A stretch of DNA of 64,000 bases from Planctomycetota bacterium (GTDB lineage: Bacteria > Planctomycetota > UBA8108 > SXIK01). The position numbers and the translations under genes were made by a program. Within the stretch, counting starts at the first letter, position 1. The number at the start of each line of letters is the position of its first letter. The stretch lies in NCBI GenBank assembly GCA_965223265.1, contig OZ244999.1, positions 8,352,001-8,416,000 on the forward strand, read 5' to 3'. Under the pieces are notes generated by a model. It worked only from the letters and a program-made list of their open reading frames with translations, was not told the origin of the DNA and ran no database searches. Of the stretch, positions 27,846 through 38,367 are shown in pieces.

Positions 27846-29156
27846 TCAGCGACGACGGCGTGCCTCAGCCTCGTCTGCCGCCGCACGCCGCAGCAGCTCG
27901 AGCGCGAAAATGACGCTCTGCTCTCGAACTGCAGCTCGATTGCCCAGGAACCGTCGCTCGTGAGTAGCGGTTTGGATGACTCCGTCCCGATCCCTGCTCA
28001 AACCGATGTAGACGAGGCCGACAGGTTTCGCATCGCTACCACCGCCCGGGCCGGCGATCCCCGTCGTCGAGATGGCAAGATTCGCTTGGTAGCGCGCACA
28101 GGCGCCGCGGGCCATGGCTTCACAGACGGGCTTCGATACCGCGCCGTGGGCGTCGAGGAGGGCGCGTGGTACTCCCAGAAGCTTTTCCTTCGCCGAGTTG
28201 GCGTAGGCGACAACGCCGCCGAGGAAGTACTCCGACGAGCCGGGATTCTCCGTCAGGGCGGCTGCGATCCCACCGCCAGTACACGACTCCGCTGTCGCGA
28301 CCGTCAGGCCGAGCGGCGCGAGGTTGGCGTGGACGACCTGCGCGTGCGCGGTCTGCTGCACGGCTCCGGAAGCGTCGAGGATACCTTCCGGCAGCGGCAC
28401 GATCTCGCGTGCGAACTCGTTCTCGATGAGACGCTTCGCTGATTCAACGAAACGAAAACGGTCGCCTTGGTAGGCGACGACTTTGACGAGCAACTCGCCA
28501 GGACGTGCCGCGATACCATATTCGACGTGGTTGAACTCGATCGCCAGCTGCTGGATGCGCGCTTCCGCGACGGACTCGGGCACGCCGATGATCTTGGCGC
28601 GCCAAATGCGCGGCGGTTCGATTTCGAAGCGTGCCTCGAGCCGCGGCCGGACTTCTTGCTCGTAAAGTGCCTGAAGTTCTCGAGGCACGCCAGGGAGCAC
28701 GAACAAGAGGGCTCGCGTGGTTTCGAGCGCCATGCCTGGGGCTAAGCCCACCGGATTGAGCAGGACGTCCGCCCCCTCAACGACTTCAGCCTGTTTGAAA
28801 AAATTCGCTGGGATGTCGTCGTCGCTCGCAAATCGGCGCCGAGCGACCTCGTGCATTCTCCGGCGTGCTTCTTCGTGCCGATAGATGGTGCGGCCGAAGA
28901 CTTCGGAGACAATGGCGACCGTGTGGTCGTCAGCTGTCGGCCCTAGACCTCCCGAGACGATGACGACGTCCGCGCCTTGGGACGCGCCGTCGATCGCCCG
29001 CTTGAGCAGTTCCGGCTGATCCGGGACGAGCTGGATCTCATCGACGTGAACTCCAATGCTTGTCAGCTGGCGGGCGAGGTATGGGCCATTAGCGTCGTGT
29101 GTCTCGCCTCGAGTCAGCTCCGACCCCGTCATCAGCACGATCGCGCGTGGATGCAA
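27846..29156 (-). CDS. cinA: CinA family protein (MoCF-like domain + nicotinamide mononucleotide deamidase)
   Basis: GSEL..G...DAN; SGGLGPTADD; LPGVPRE; TAESCTGG; STTGIAGPGGG. Confidence 0.92.
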   Translation of the reverse strand: MHPRAIVLMTGSELTRGETHDANGPYLARQLTSIGVHVDEIQLVPDQPELLKRAIDGASQGADVVIVSGGLGPTADDHTVAIVSEVFGRTIYRHEEARRRMHEVARRRFASDDDIPANFFKQAEVVEGADVLLNPVGLAPGMALETTRALLFVLPGVPRELQALYEQEVRPRLEARFEIEPPRIWRAKIIGVPESVAEARIQQLAIEFNHVEYGIAARPGELLVKVVAYQGDRFRFVESAKRLIENEFAREIVPLPEGILDASGAVQQTAHAQVVHANLAPLGLTVATAESCTGGGIAAALTENPGSSEYFLGGVVAYANSAKEKLLGVPRALLDAHGAVSKPVCEAMARGACARYQANLAISTTGIAGPGGGSDAKPVGLVYIGLSRDRDGVIQTATHERRFLGNRAAVREQSVIFALELLRRAAADEAEARRRR

Positions 29157-29219
29157 TTCAGGAGACTCCCACTGATCGCGCTCGGTGAGCGTCGCGGCTC
29201 GGTCGGGGGTGACGACCGG

Positions 29220-31043
29220 TCATGCGTCGAGACAACTTGAGAGAAGGCACTTCATGTCGTCGTCGGTGGTGTCGGTGGCGCACTCGAGCGGCGGTGACGG
29301 CACGAAAATCGTGAAGAGCGCGTTGAGCACGTGGATCGCGTCGCTGACGTCGATGTCGCCGTCGTCATTGGAGTCTGTCGCATCGCGGCAGACCGGCTCG
29401 ATGCTCAGATCAACGAACAGAAACTCGAGCGTAAATAGTGCGTCTGAGACGTCGACGTCGCCATCGTGGTTGCTGTCGCCGCGCAAGATTGGTGGACCGA
29501 CGAAGCTGACGCTGACGTCGACGAACATCGCCGACGATCGCTCGCCATCGCTCACGGTGACGCGGAAGCGGTACTCGCCTTCGTCAGTGAAGAGAATCGA
29601 CGTCGACGCGGCGGTGGGCTCCACAATCGTGTGGCCGCCTGGGCCGCGCACTCTCGACCATTCGAAACTCAAAGGCGCGCTGCCGTCATCCCCATCCGTG
29701 GAGGCGCTGGCATCGAGGATCACCTCAGCCGGTTCAGCTGTGATCGCGACCTCGGCTGGGTCCGGTGTGGTGACGACGCTGGGGACCGGCTCCCGATTGA
29801 TTTCACTGAGGGGGATGACTCGATAGAGTCGCCCGCCCAAGCTGCCGATGTAGACCTCTCCGCGGGCGTCCTGCCCGAAGCACGAGACGCTACTGATGTT
29901 GCCGTCGATTCCATCGTTCATGGCGTTCGTCCGGTCGACGACGTCTGCCACCGGCGCGTTGGGCGCGTCGGGATCGAACTCATAGTTGAACGTCGCGACC
30001 CAGCTGTTGCAGAAGTCTGCAAAGAAGTACGCTCCGTGCAGGTCGGGAATGCGACAGCCGCGGTAGACGACGCCACCGGTCACCGAGCAGCCCTGAATGC
30101 GGCCACTACCGTGCGGGTAATCAAAAATCGGGTCGACGAACGGTCCGAGAGCGTCATGCCGCGACGGACTGCAGTTACTGACGCTGCTTGGCTCAATGCC
30201 CTCCCGGGTTCGCCATCCGTAGTTCTCGCCACCGACGCTCGACCCTGGCGCGTAGCTGATCTCCTCACGGCGATTCTGCCCAACGTCGCCGATAAAGAGT
30301 TCGCTTGTCTCAGAATCAAAGCTGAATCGCCACGGGTTGCGTAGGCCCGAAGCCCAAATCTCCGGCAGGATTCCTTCGACCCCAACGAACGGGTTGTCCT
30401 CCGGAATGGCGTAGACCGGTTCGGCGTCGGGATTGAGATTGCTGACGTCGAGGCGAAGCATCTTGCCTAAGAGCGACAAAGGATTCTGTGCCAAGTCGGG
30501 AGGATCGCAGCCGCTGCCGCCGTCGCCCATGCCGACGTAGAGGAAACCATCGCTGGGTCGGAACGCGATCTGACCGCCATTGTGGTTGCCCGCGACTTGA
30601 TTGACCTCGAGGAGGATTAGCTCGGATTCTGGATCGGCGACGTCTGGGTCGTCGGTGACTTCGAATCGCGACACGATCGTGTTGTCCGAGTTCTTCTGCG
30701 TGTAATTGACGAAGAAGAACCCGTTGTCGGCGAAATTGCGATCAAACGCGAGCCCCAGCAGTCCCTGCTCGCCGCCGAATTCGACCAAACCGGAGATTGC
30801 AAGCAAAGGGGTCTCGTCCACTTGGTTGGTGGAAAGGCGGAGAATCCGGATGTCGCCGCGCTGTTCGACGACGAAGAGGCGCTCGAAGTCACCGGGGATC
30901 GATTGTATATCGACCGGGCTGCGCAGCGCCGAGGAGACCAGCTGGAGCGTGATTTCGTCTCCTGCTACCTGCGAACAATCCTGGCCGCAGATTTGCGCGG
31001 AGATCGTGAGGGTCAGTAGGAGAGCGCGGGTTAACTGAGGCAT
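29220..31043 (-). CDS. PQQ-dependent sugar dehydrogenase (GSDH family) with PKD-like and dockerin-like domains
   Basis: EQGLLGLAF, NHNGGQIAF, GDGG, LLGKMLRLD, GLRNPWR and NYGW; C-terminal RGDSNHDG; start reset to MPQLTR. Confidence 0.88.
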   Translation of the reverse strand: MPQLTRALLLTLTISAQICGQDCSQVAGDEITLQLVSSALRSPVDIQSIPGDFERLFVVEQRGDIRILRLSTNQVDETPLLAISGLVEFGGEQGLLGLAFDRNFADNGFFFVNYTQKNSDNTIVSRFEVTDDPDVADPESELILLEVNQVAGNHNGGQIAFRPSDGFLYVGMGDGGSGCDPPDLAQNPLSLLGKMLRLDVSNLNPDAEPVYAIPEDNPFVGVEGILPEIWASGLRNPWRFSFDSETSELFIGDVGQNRREEISYAPGSSVGGENYGWRTREGIEPSSVSNCSPSRHDALGPFVDPIFDYPHGSGRIQGCSVTGGVVYRGCRIPDLHGAYFFADFCNSWVATFNYEFDPDAPNAPVADVVDRTNAMNDGIDGNISSVSCFGQDARGEVYIGSLGGRLYRVIPLSEINREPVPSVVTTPDPAEVAITAEPAEVILDASASTDGDDGSAPLSFEWSRVRGPGGHTIVEPTAASTSILFTDEGEYRFRVTVSDGERSSAMFVDVSVSFVGPPILRGDSNHDGDVDVSDALFTLEFLFVDLSIEPVCRDATDSNDDGDIDVSDAIHVLNALFTIFVPSPPLECATDTTDDDMKCLLSSCLDA

Positions 31044-31071
31044 GACTCTCCAACTAGTAACGGATGGATGT

Positions 31072-32940
31072 TCACTCGTCAACGAGCGGACAGTTCGAAA
31101 CTTCGCATCCGAAAGCGTCCGCTGACGAATCCGGTCCACAAACGTTCGGCGGTGGGATGGGCGCGCCGCTCGTGAACAAGAAGTTGAGCGTGAAGATCGC
31201 ATCGGAAATGTCCTGTCCGCCGTCATCGTTGGAGTCGAGCGCATCGCGGCACCGGTTGCTCTCTAACGCGCCGCCGAAGAGATCCTGAAGGGTAAAGATT
31301 CCGTCAGAGATATCGATGCTACCATCAGAGTTAGCGTCGCCCCGAACGAAACTGCCTGCAGCCACCACCCTAAGGAGGATCTCGACCGTGCGAGAGGTGT
31401 TGCCGTCATCCACCGTCAGCCGGTAGCGATAGGTGCCAGGCACAGTGACTTCTATGCTGGTGCTTGGGGCGTCTGGATCGTCGACGGCGCCGCCCTCGGG
31501 GCCCGACTCTTTCTGCCACGAAAAAGAGAGAGGGGACGTTCCGTCATCGCCGTCCGTGGAACCACTAGCGTCGAGTGTGACGCTGACAGATTCTCCCGAC
31601 AGCTCGACCACCGGGCCAGGATCCAGAGTCAGCACGACGTGTGGGGGTTGGTCCTCATCTTGACGCGGAGCGATCCGCATGATCAGTCCCGACCCGTGGG
31701 TCGCGATGTACATCTCTCCTGCCCCATCGGTGCCAAACGTAGAGATCGAATCGACGCCGACATTCACACCTTCGAGGAGATTGCTCGTGCGATCGATCAC
31801 TTCGGATACCGGATTCGGCTGCCCAGCGCCGTTTGCCGCGTAGCGGAAACTGGCGATCCAGTTGTCGCAGAAGTCTGCGAAGAAATAACTGCCGACCAGA
31901 TCCGGCATGCGGCAGCCCCGATAGACGACGCCACCGGTGACCGAGCAGCCGTTGAGCAGCCCATTCGATCGACCGTAGACGTAGATTGGCTCACGAAGCT
32001 GTCCGATCGTCGGCCAGAGGGAATCGGAGCAGCCACTGATCGAGCTTGACTGATCACCCTCACGCGTCCTCCAGCCATAGTTCTCGCCGCCATCGCTTGA
32101 AGCGGACTGAAAGTCGATCTCCTCGATGCGCCACTGGCCGACATCACCGATGTAGAGGTCTCCTGTTTCAGAGTCGAAAGCGTATCGCCACGGATTGCGC
32201 AGTCCGACCGCCCAAATCTCATCAGGCACTTGCGCGTCATCTACGAAGGGATTGCTTGCAGGAATACCGTAAACCGGGTCTCGCTGCGGATCGATGTCGT
32301 CGACGTCGAGGCGAAGCATCTTGCCGAGCAAAGACGAGGGCCTCTGGGAGTCGTCAACGGGGTCGCAGCTGCCGCCGCCGTCTCCAGTCCCAATGTAGAG
32401 GTAGCCGTCGACGGGACTGAACGCCAGCTGCCCGGCATTGTGGTTGAGATTCGTCTGTGCGATCTCCAGCAGCACCAGCTTCGACGTCGGTTCGGCGCGA
32501 TCAGGGTCCGCCGCCGAAACCTGAAATCTGGCGATCACCGTCCGTTCCTGTCGCTCTCCGGCGGCAGCAGGACGGATGTAATTGACGAAAAAGAAACCGT
32601 TTTCGGCGTAGTTGGGATGAAAGGCCAGACCGAGTAGGCCCCGTTCGTCGCAGCACGCCACGTCAAGGTTGAGGAAAGGATCGGCGTCGATTGAGCCGTC
32701 GGCCAACCGGATGATGCGGATCGTTCCGGTTTGCTCGACGACGAAGAGCCGAGCCGTATCGCCGGCAGGAGCCTGGATGTCCACCGGTGCGACGAGACCG
32801 CTCGCCACGGGCTCTAAAATCAGATCGTCGCCAAGAACGGGCTCGATGCCTTGGCAGTCGGCAGCCCGCACTCCGGTCGCGGCGAGAAGCAGGCAGAACA
32901 GGCTCATTTTGGTCAAACGATGATTGGACATGCGGGGCAT
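31072..32940 (-). CDS. PQQ-dependent sugar dehydrogenase (GSDH family) with PKD-like and dockerin-like domains; paralog of the adjacent gene
   Basis: ERGLLGLAFHP, NHNAGQLAF and GLRNPWR; C-terminal FVRGDANSDG. Confidence 0.9.
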   Translation of the reverse strand: MPRMSNHRLTKMSLFCLLLAATGVRAADCQGIEPVLGDDLILEPVASGLVAPVDIQAPAGDTARLFVVEQTGTIRIIRLADGSIDADPFLNLDVACCDERGLLGLAFHPNYAENGFFFVNYIRPAAAGERQERTVIARFQVSAADPDRAEPTSKLVLLEIAQTNLNHNAGQLAFSPVDGYLYIGTGDGGGSCDPVDDSQRPSSLLGKMLRLDVDDIDPQRDPVYGIPASNPFVDDAQVPDEIWAVGLRNPWRYAFDSETGDLYIGDVGQWRIEEIDFQSASSDGGENYGWRTREGDQSSSISGCSDSLWPTIGQLREPIYVYGRSNGLLNGCSVTGGVVYRGCRMPDLVGSYFFADFCDNWIASFRYAANGAGQPNPVSEVIDRTSNLLEGVNVGVDSISTFGTDGAGEMYIATHGSGLIMRIAPRQDEDQPPHVVLTLDPGPVVELSGESVSVTLDASGSTDGDDGTSPLSFSWQKESGPEGGAVDDPDAPSTSIEVTVPGTYRYRLTVDDGNTSRTVEILLRVVAAGSFVRGDANSDGSIDISDGIFTLQDLFGGALESNRCRDALDSNDDGGQDISDAIFTLNFLFTSGAPIPPPNVCGPDSSADAFGCEVSNCPLVDE

Positions 32941-33484
32941 GGGCGGAGCGCCGGAAGGGGGATGGGGAGTGAAGTCAGGTGCGACGACGCTAAGGCGTAA
33001 CTGGTGTAGGCGCGCGCCGTTGACGGAGCTCCCAACTCTACCCCAATACAGCGAAAAAACGACGGCAAAAAACCGCTTCCCGGGAAGAGCCGCGAGCCGG
33101 CGGTGAGCCCTAAGCCCTGGGCAAGACGCGCGCGCTCCGGGTGCGCCGACGCGGCACGTTGGGGTTGAACCGATTAGGGCCCGCTGACGACGGTCAGCAT
33201 GGCGGTCGCGCGCGTCAGCGCTCTCCGGCGCGAAACCTTCGCCGACGAGCCCCTCCGGTGACGGAATAGCGACGCCAACATCGCACGAACCACTAGCGAT
33301 GGCGGTCGCGCGGACACGGCGATGGCCTTGCGCCTGTCAGGATGAAATTAGGTTTTGCCCGCGGCTCGGAGGGAAAGCTATTCTACTCCTCGCTTTTCTC
33401 CAGGCCGTGAAGACTGCGCCTTAGGAGCTTCGTGCGCTGCGCTTCGTTGATCGAGCACACGACCTTGGCGTTCTCGCCGTACTA

Positions 33485-36400
33485 ATGATCCATCACGCCA
33501 TCTTGGGAGACTTCATGTCTTCGCAGTCCCGATTCTCATCTCAAGTTGCGCAGAGACTTGAGCATTGGAAACACAAGCTCGTCGATCTGTCGCGTCGCAA
33601 TCGGTTGGTCCACTATCGGCCGGCGTCGAAGAGCAGTGTTCGCGTCATCGATGAGTTGCCGCCCGAGATTTTCCGCATGACGGTGCTCAAACGCGTCTCG
33701 CTCACACTGACGCCCGGGGATCCCGACTCTAGCGCTGGCTCCGGTGCGAGCCAGTCACAGCCGTACGAGCCGTACGAGCCCGACCAGCTCGAAGCGCATC
33801 AAATGGATCGCGCGCTCAAGACCGATCTCGAGAAAGAACGACTCGGCACCAATCTGCTGCACATTTACCGTAAAGCGCGTTCGATCGAGGAGGAGCATGG
33901 TTACAACACCCTCTTTCTCGCTCTCGGGTTCCTCGAGTGGTACGAGTCCGAGACCTCCGATGAGCTCATCCACTCGCCTCTCGTGCTTGTGCCCGTCGAG
34001 CTCACACGGCGGCAGGCTGGGGGACAGTTTCATCTACGGTCGCGCGACGAAGATCCAATTCTGAACCCGGCGCTCGAGCAGCGGCTGACTCGTGAACTCT
34101 CGGTGCGCCTGCCGGTTCTGCCTGACGATCTCGACGATTTCGAGCCGCGCGAGTTCTTCAACGAGCTCGCTCTTTCGGTTGCGGTTCAGAAACGCTGGCG
34201 TATGACGACGTCGATTTATCTCGGCCTTTTCTCGTTTACGAAATTCACGATGTACAAGGATCTCGAGGCTCACCCCGAGGCTTTCGCGACGCACTCTCTC
34301 GTCGCCGCGCTTGCCGGTGATGTTGAGTCACGCCAAAGCCTGCGCGCGCCCATGGCTCCTCGCGGCGCCGAGCTCGACCAGCTCGATCCGTCTGCTTGTT
34401 TTCATGTCATGGATGTCGACTCCAGCCAGCAGGAGGCCATCGAAGCTGTCAAGAACGGCAGCAATCTTGTGATCGAAGGGCCGCCGGGGACAGGTAAGTC
34501 GCAGACGATCGCGAATCTGATCGCCGAGTGCCTCGCAGCTGGCAAGAGCGTCTTGTTCGTGAGCGAGAAGATGGCAGCGCTTGAGGTTGTCTATCGACGA
34601 CTCGAGAGGTGTGGGTTGAGTGACTACTGCTTCGAGCTTCACAGTCACAAGACGACTCGCCGCCGCGTCATCGAGGAGCTTCGTCGGGTACTCGACTTGC
34701 CGCCCGAGAAACGGAGCGTGAAGCCGGAGGTGTTAGAACGACTCCTCGATGCCCGCGAGACACTCAATCAGTATGTTCGCGCGCTGCACGCGCCGGTCGC
34801 ACCGCTCGAAGAAGCACCTTACGATGTCATGGCTCTGCTGTCATTGAGGCCGGAACCCGAAATGACGGCCGACATCTTCCTGCGTGGGGCTGGTGATTTC
34901 GACGCGCCGCGGTTCTCTGCGGCGCGGGAGGCGCTTGTCGATCTTGCCCGCGCCCTCGATCGCGTCCGTCCGTGCGACGAGCATCCTTGTAGAGGGATCG
35001 GGTTAACGGCGATCGACTACGAAGGTCGCCGCGCTCTGCGGCGACTCCTGGAGCGAGTTCTCGAGGCTCACGCAACGCTCGAGCGCGTTGCGGGCGACGT
35101 CGCGGCGCAGCTGCAGACCGACCCACCGACGACCATAGCGAGTGCGCGAGATCTGCACACGCTTGCTCGGCTGTTGGCGACCAGCCCGCGGCCGAGTATG
35201 GAGCTGCTAATCGGTGAGGCGTTCGAGGCGCTCGAGCCAGCCGCCCGGCACGTAGCGGAGCTCGGCGCCGATCTTGAAACGTCCACTCAGCGGTTGTTGA
35301 CGCAGTTTCACGAGACGATGCTGAGCGTCGATGTGGAGCCTGTTTGGCGTTGGTGGAAAGACAACGCGCGAAGCATCCTCCGGTTCGTGAAACCAAGTTT
35401 TTGGCGTCACCGGAGGGCAGTTCGTTCGTGGACTCGTTCAAAGCTTGAGCACGAAGAAGTCGTGAACGGGCTTGGCGAGGCGGTGCGCCTACGGTCCGTC
35501 CGTGCGGAGATCGAAGAATTCGACGGCACGGCCTTCACTACACAGTGGCGAGGCGTCCAGACCGATTGGGCGGCGTACTCTAGCTATCTCGATTGGATCA
35601 AGAGTTTTCGCGAGCTGCGCCAGCGCGGTCGTGTCTCCGATGCGATCTTGACCTTGGCACTTGATGGTCACGACGTGGGAGAGATCCGCGAGCGACTTGA
35701 GAGTGCGTGTACGGCAATGGAAGAGGCATGGGACGCGTTTGTTGAAGGCGCGGACTATGCCGATACCGACCTCGAACTTGAAGCTCTACGCGACCGGCTG
35801 GAGGGTTTGGAGGAGGGACTTGACCGCCTGGACGATTGGGTTCGGTACCGTCACCAGTTGGCGCATGCCAAGGCTTCGGACGCAGCGTCACTCGTCGACG
35901 TGGTCCACGAGGTCTCCACCGATCAGATCGGGGAGGTTTTCGAACGCTTCTTTTATCGATCATGGATCGAAGAGGTCTTGCCGGAGATTCCCGAGATCCG
36001 CTCGTTCGACGCGTCGGCGCACGAAGACTTGATCGAGAAGTTTCGCGAACTCGACTCGAAGCTGATCGAGCTCAATCGCATTCGTGCTCAGCGCACGCTC
36101 GCGAGTCGGCTACCGGATCGCGACTGGGAGGCATCAACGGGGTCGGATCTTGGACTCTTGCAGCGTGAAGTGCGCAAGAAACGGGGTCACGTGCCGTTGC
36201 GGAAGCTCTTCGCTCGGGTTCCACGGTCGCTGCGCCGCTTGAAGCCGTGCATGATGATGAGCCCACTCTCCGTAGCGCAGTTCCTCGAACCGACCGCCGA
36301 ACCGTTTGACATCGTCGTCTTTGACGAGGCCAGTCAGATTTCTACCGAGGACGCGCTCGGAGCGATTGCCCGGGGAAGACAACTCGTCGTCGTCGGCGAC

Positions 36401-38302
36401 AGCAAACAGTTGCCACCGACGCCGTTTTTTCGCAGCGAGCTCCCGGACGGCGAACCGGGCGACGAGGAAGTCGGGGAAGGCGACCTCGAAAGCGTGCTAG
36501 ACGAGTGTGTCACGGTGTTTCCCCACCGAGCGCTTCTCCGTTGGCACTATCGAAGCCGAAGCGAAGCACTCATCGCGTTTTCGAATCATACGTACTACGG
36601 TGACCAGCTCTTCACCTTCCCCTCGCCCCGCGACGGCGGGGCTCAACTGGGCGTCCAGTTCGTGCATGTTTCTGATGGCGTGTACGACCGCGGCGGCACG
36701 GGAAAGAATGCGATTGAAGCTGCACACGTCGCGGCAGCCGTGTTTGAACAGTTGAAGGAGTTTCCTGACAAGAGCGTCGGTGTGGGAGCATTCAGCGTCG
36801 CGCAGCAGGAGGCGATCGACGATGCGCTCGAAGAGCTGCGCCGTGAGGATGCATCGCTCGAGAGTCATTTCGACCACAGCCACCCTGAGTACTGTTTCGT
36901 CAAGAATCTCGAATCGATCCAAGGTGACGAGCGCGATGTGATTTTCCTCAGTGTCGGCTACGGGCGCGACCCGGATGGACGTATGTCGATGAACTTCGGT
37001 CCGCTGAACCAACAGGGTGGGGCCCGGCGACTCAACGTGCTCGTGACGCGCGCGCGAGAGCTCGTGCGTGTCTTTTCGTCGATCACAGCGGAGGACGTCG
37101 ATCTCAGCCGTACTGCGGCCGAAGGTGTCAGCAACCTCCGCTCGTACCTCGACTACGCACGACGCGGCACTGACGCCCTGAGAATCGCTGGCGAAGCGGA
37201 CGCCGCTGACAGTGACCCCCTCGCTGTTTCGGTACAGCGGCGTCTCGAGGCGGAGGGCTGCGAAGTCGGCTTGAGCGTCGGATACTCGGGTTATCGAGTC
37301 GATCTCGCCGTGCGCGATCGGCAACGCTGGAGTCTCGGCATCGAGCTCGACGGCGCGACGTATGGTCTTGCCTCGACGGCGCGCGATCGCGACCGACTTC
37401 GTGGGCAAGTGATGGCACGACTCGGTTGGCGTCTGCACCGCATCTGGTCGCCGGAGTGGTTCCGCGATCAAGAGCGCGAGTTTTCGCGGCTCCTCGGTGC
37501 GGTCAAGGCTGCGCGTCAGGAGTCTGATGATGGCGCGTCGGACGAAGAAGCCCAGGTCGGCTCCTCCGCAGACGCTCGCACCGCCGACGTCAAGCTGACA
37601 GGTGGCACGGCCCAGGTCGAGGAGGAGGCCTTCTTCGAGGAGAGCACAGCCGCAGAGGATGCCGCCGTGATTCCCTACGAACTGACGGAGGTGAGCGAGT
37701 TCGGGGACAATCAAGCGTTCTTTCGACAGCGAGTCACGAGACTGGTGCGTCTGCTTCGCGACGTCGTTCGCACCGAAGGGCCGATTCATACCACCGAAGC
37801 GATTCGACGTGTGGCGCAGCACTGGGGCATCAAGCGTCTGACGGCGAAGGTGACCGACGTGATGGAGTCGACGATCGCCAAGTGTCTGCGCGAGGAGAAG
37901 ATCGTGCAACGCGGTGATTTCTTCTGGCCGCCTGGGTTGGACCAGTCGCCGATTCGTCGCCGCGACTCGAGCGCGCCTCGCGATCCTGAGTTGATCGCCC
38001 CCGAGGAGATCGCAGCCGCAATCACCCTGATCCTCCACAAAGAGTATCGCGTCGCGGGCGCCGGCTTGATCGACCGCACGGCTCGTATCCTCGGGTTTTC
38101 GCGCACCGGATCGAGAGTCAAACAGCGACTCGAGGACATTCTCGAGGATCTACTGCGCGCCGGCGAGGTAGTGGAGAACGACGGAGAGTATCGTGCTGCT
38201 GCTGCCGCACCGGCGAATCTGGAGAGCGACCAACAGATTCAGGCCGAAGGCACCAGCGAAAGCACGTCGAGTGAAGACCAGGGCGACGGGAAGGACGGCT
38301 GA
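33485..38302 (+). CDS. DUF4011 - SF1 helicase - Vsr/REase-like - DUF3320 protein (Hhe-like)
   Basis: W..KLVDLSRRNRL; GYNTLFLALGFLEW; GPPGTGKSQT; FDEASQ; VGDSKQLPPT; WHYRS; QGDERD; RRLNVLVTRAR; IELDGATY...ARDRDRLR...LGW..HRIWSPEW. Confidence 0.9.
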   Translation: MIHHAILGDFMSSQSRFSSQVAQRLEHWKHKLVDLSRRNRLVHYRPASKSSVRVIDELPPEIFRMTVLKRVSLTLTPGDPDSSAGSGASQSQPYEPYEPDQLEAHQMDRALKTDLEKERLGTNLLHIYRKARSIEEEHGYNTLFLALGFLEWYESETSDELIHSPLVLVPVELTRRQAGGQFHLRSRDEDPILNPALEQRLTRELSVRLPVLPDDLDDFEPREFFNELALSVAVQKRWRMTTSIYLGLFSFTKFTMYKDLEAHPEAFATHSLVAALAGDVESRQSLRAPMAPRGAELDQLDPSACFHVMDVDSSQQEAIEAVKNGSNLVIEGPPGTGKSQTIANLIAECLAAGKSVLFVSEKMAALEVVYRRLERCGLSDYCFELHSHKTTRRRVIEELRRVLDLPPEKRSVKPEVLERLLDARETLNQYVRALHAPVAPLEEAPYDVMALLSLRPEPEMTADIFLRGAGDFDAPRFSAAREALVDLARALDRVRPCDEHPCRGIGLTAIDYEGRRALRRLLERVLEAHATLERVAGDVAAQLQTDPPTTIASARDLHTLARLLATSPRPSMELLIGEAFEALEPAARHVAELGADLETSTQRLLTQFHETMLSVDVEPVWRWWKDNARSILRFVKPSFWRHRRAVRSWTRSKLEHEEVVNGLGEAVRLRSVRAEIEEFDGTAFTTQWRGVQTDWAAYSSYLDWIKSFRELRQRGRVSDAILTLALDGHDVGEIRERLESACTAMEEAWDAFVEGADYADTDLELEALRDRLEGLEEGLDRLDDWVRYRHQLAHAKASDAASLVDVVHEVSTDQIGEVFERFFYRSWIEEVLPEIPEIRSFDASAHEDLIEKFRELDSKLIELNRIRAQRTLASRLPDRDWEASTGSDLGLLQREVRKKRGHVPLRKLFARVPRSLRRLKPCMMMSPLSVAQFLEPTAEPFDIVVFDEASQISTEDALGAIARGRQLVVVGDSKQLPPTPFFRSELPDGEPGDEEVGEGDLESVLDECVTVFPHRALLRWHYRSRSEALIAFSNHTYYGDQLFTFPSPRDGGAQLGVQFVHVSDGVYDRGGTGKNAIEAAHVAAAVFEQLKEFPDKSVGVGAFSVAQQEAIDDALEELRREDASLESHFDHSHPEYCFVKNLESIQGDERDVIFLSVGYGRDPDGRMSMNFGPLNQQGGARRLNVLVTRARELVRVFSSITAEDVDLSRTAAEGVSNLRSYLDYARRGTDALRIAGEADAADSDPLAVSVQRRLEAEGCEVGLSVGYSGYRVDLAVRDRQRWSLGIELDGATYGLASTARDRDRLRGQVMARLGWRLHRIWSPEWFRDQEREFSRLLGAVKAARQESDDGASDEEAQVGSSADARTADVKLTGGTAQVEEEAFFEESTAAEDAAVIPYELTEVSEFGDNQAFFRQRVTRLVRLLRDVVRTEGPIHTTEAIRRVAQHWGIKRLTAKVTDVMESTIAKCLREEKIVQRGDFFWPPGLDQSPIRRRDSSAPRDPELIAPEEIAAAITLILHKEYRVAGAGLIDRTARILGFSRTGSRVKQRLEDILEDLLRAGEVVENDGEYRAAAAAPANLESDQQIQAEGTSESTSSEDQGDGKDG

Positions 38303-38367
38303 GCGCCGCGATGCTGCGGTCGTTTCGGTGCTCTTCGTCCGTCATGCCTCCTTGGTGGAGAACGCGC

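Noticed and set aside
33199-33312. ATGGCGGTCGCGCG repeated exactly 100 bp apart upstream of the helicase
   Set aside because: Only two GC-rich copies with no further structure; cannot be distinguished from chance or a decayed remnant.
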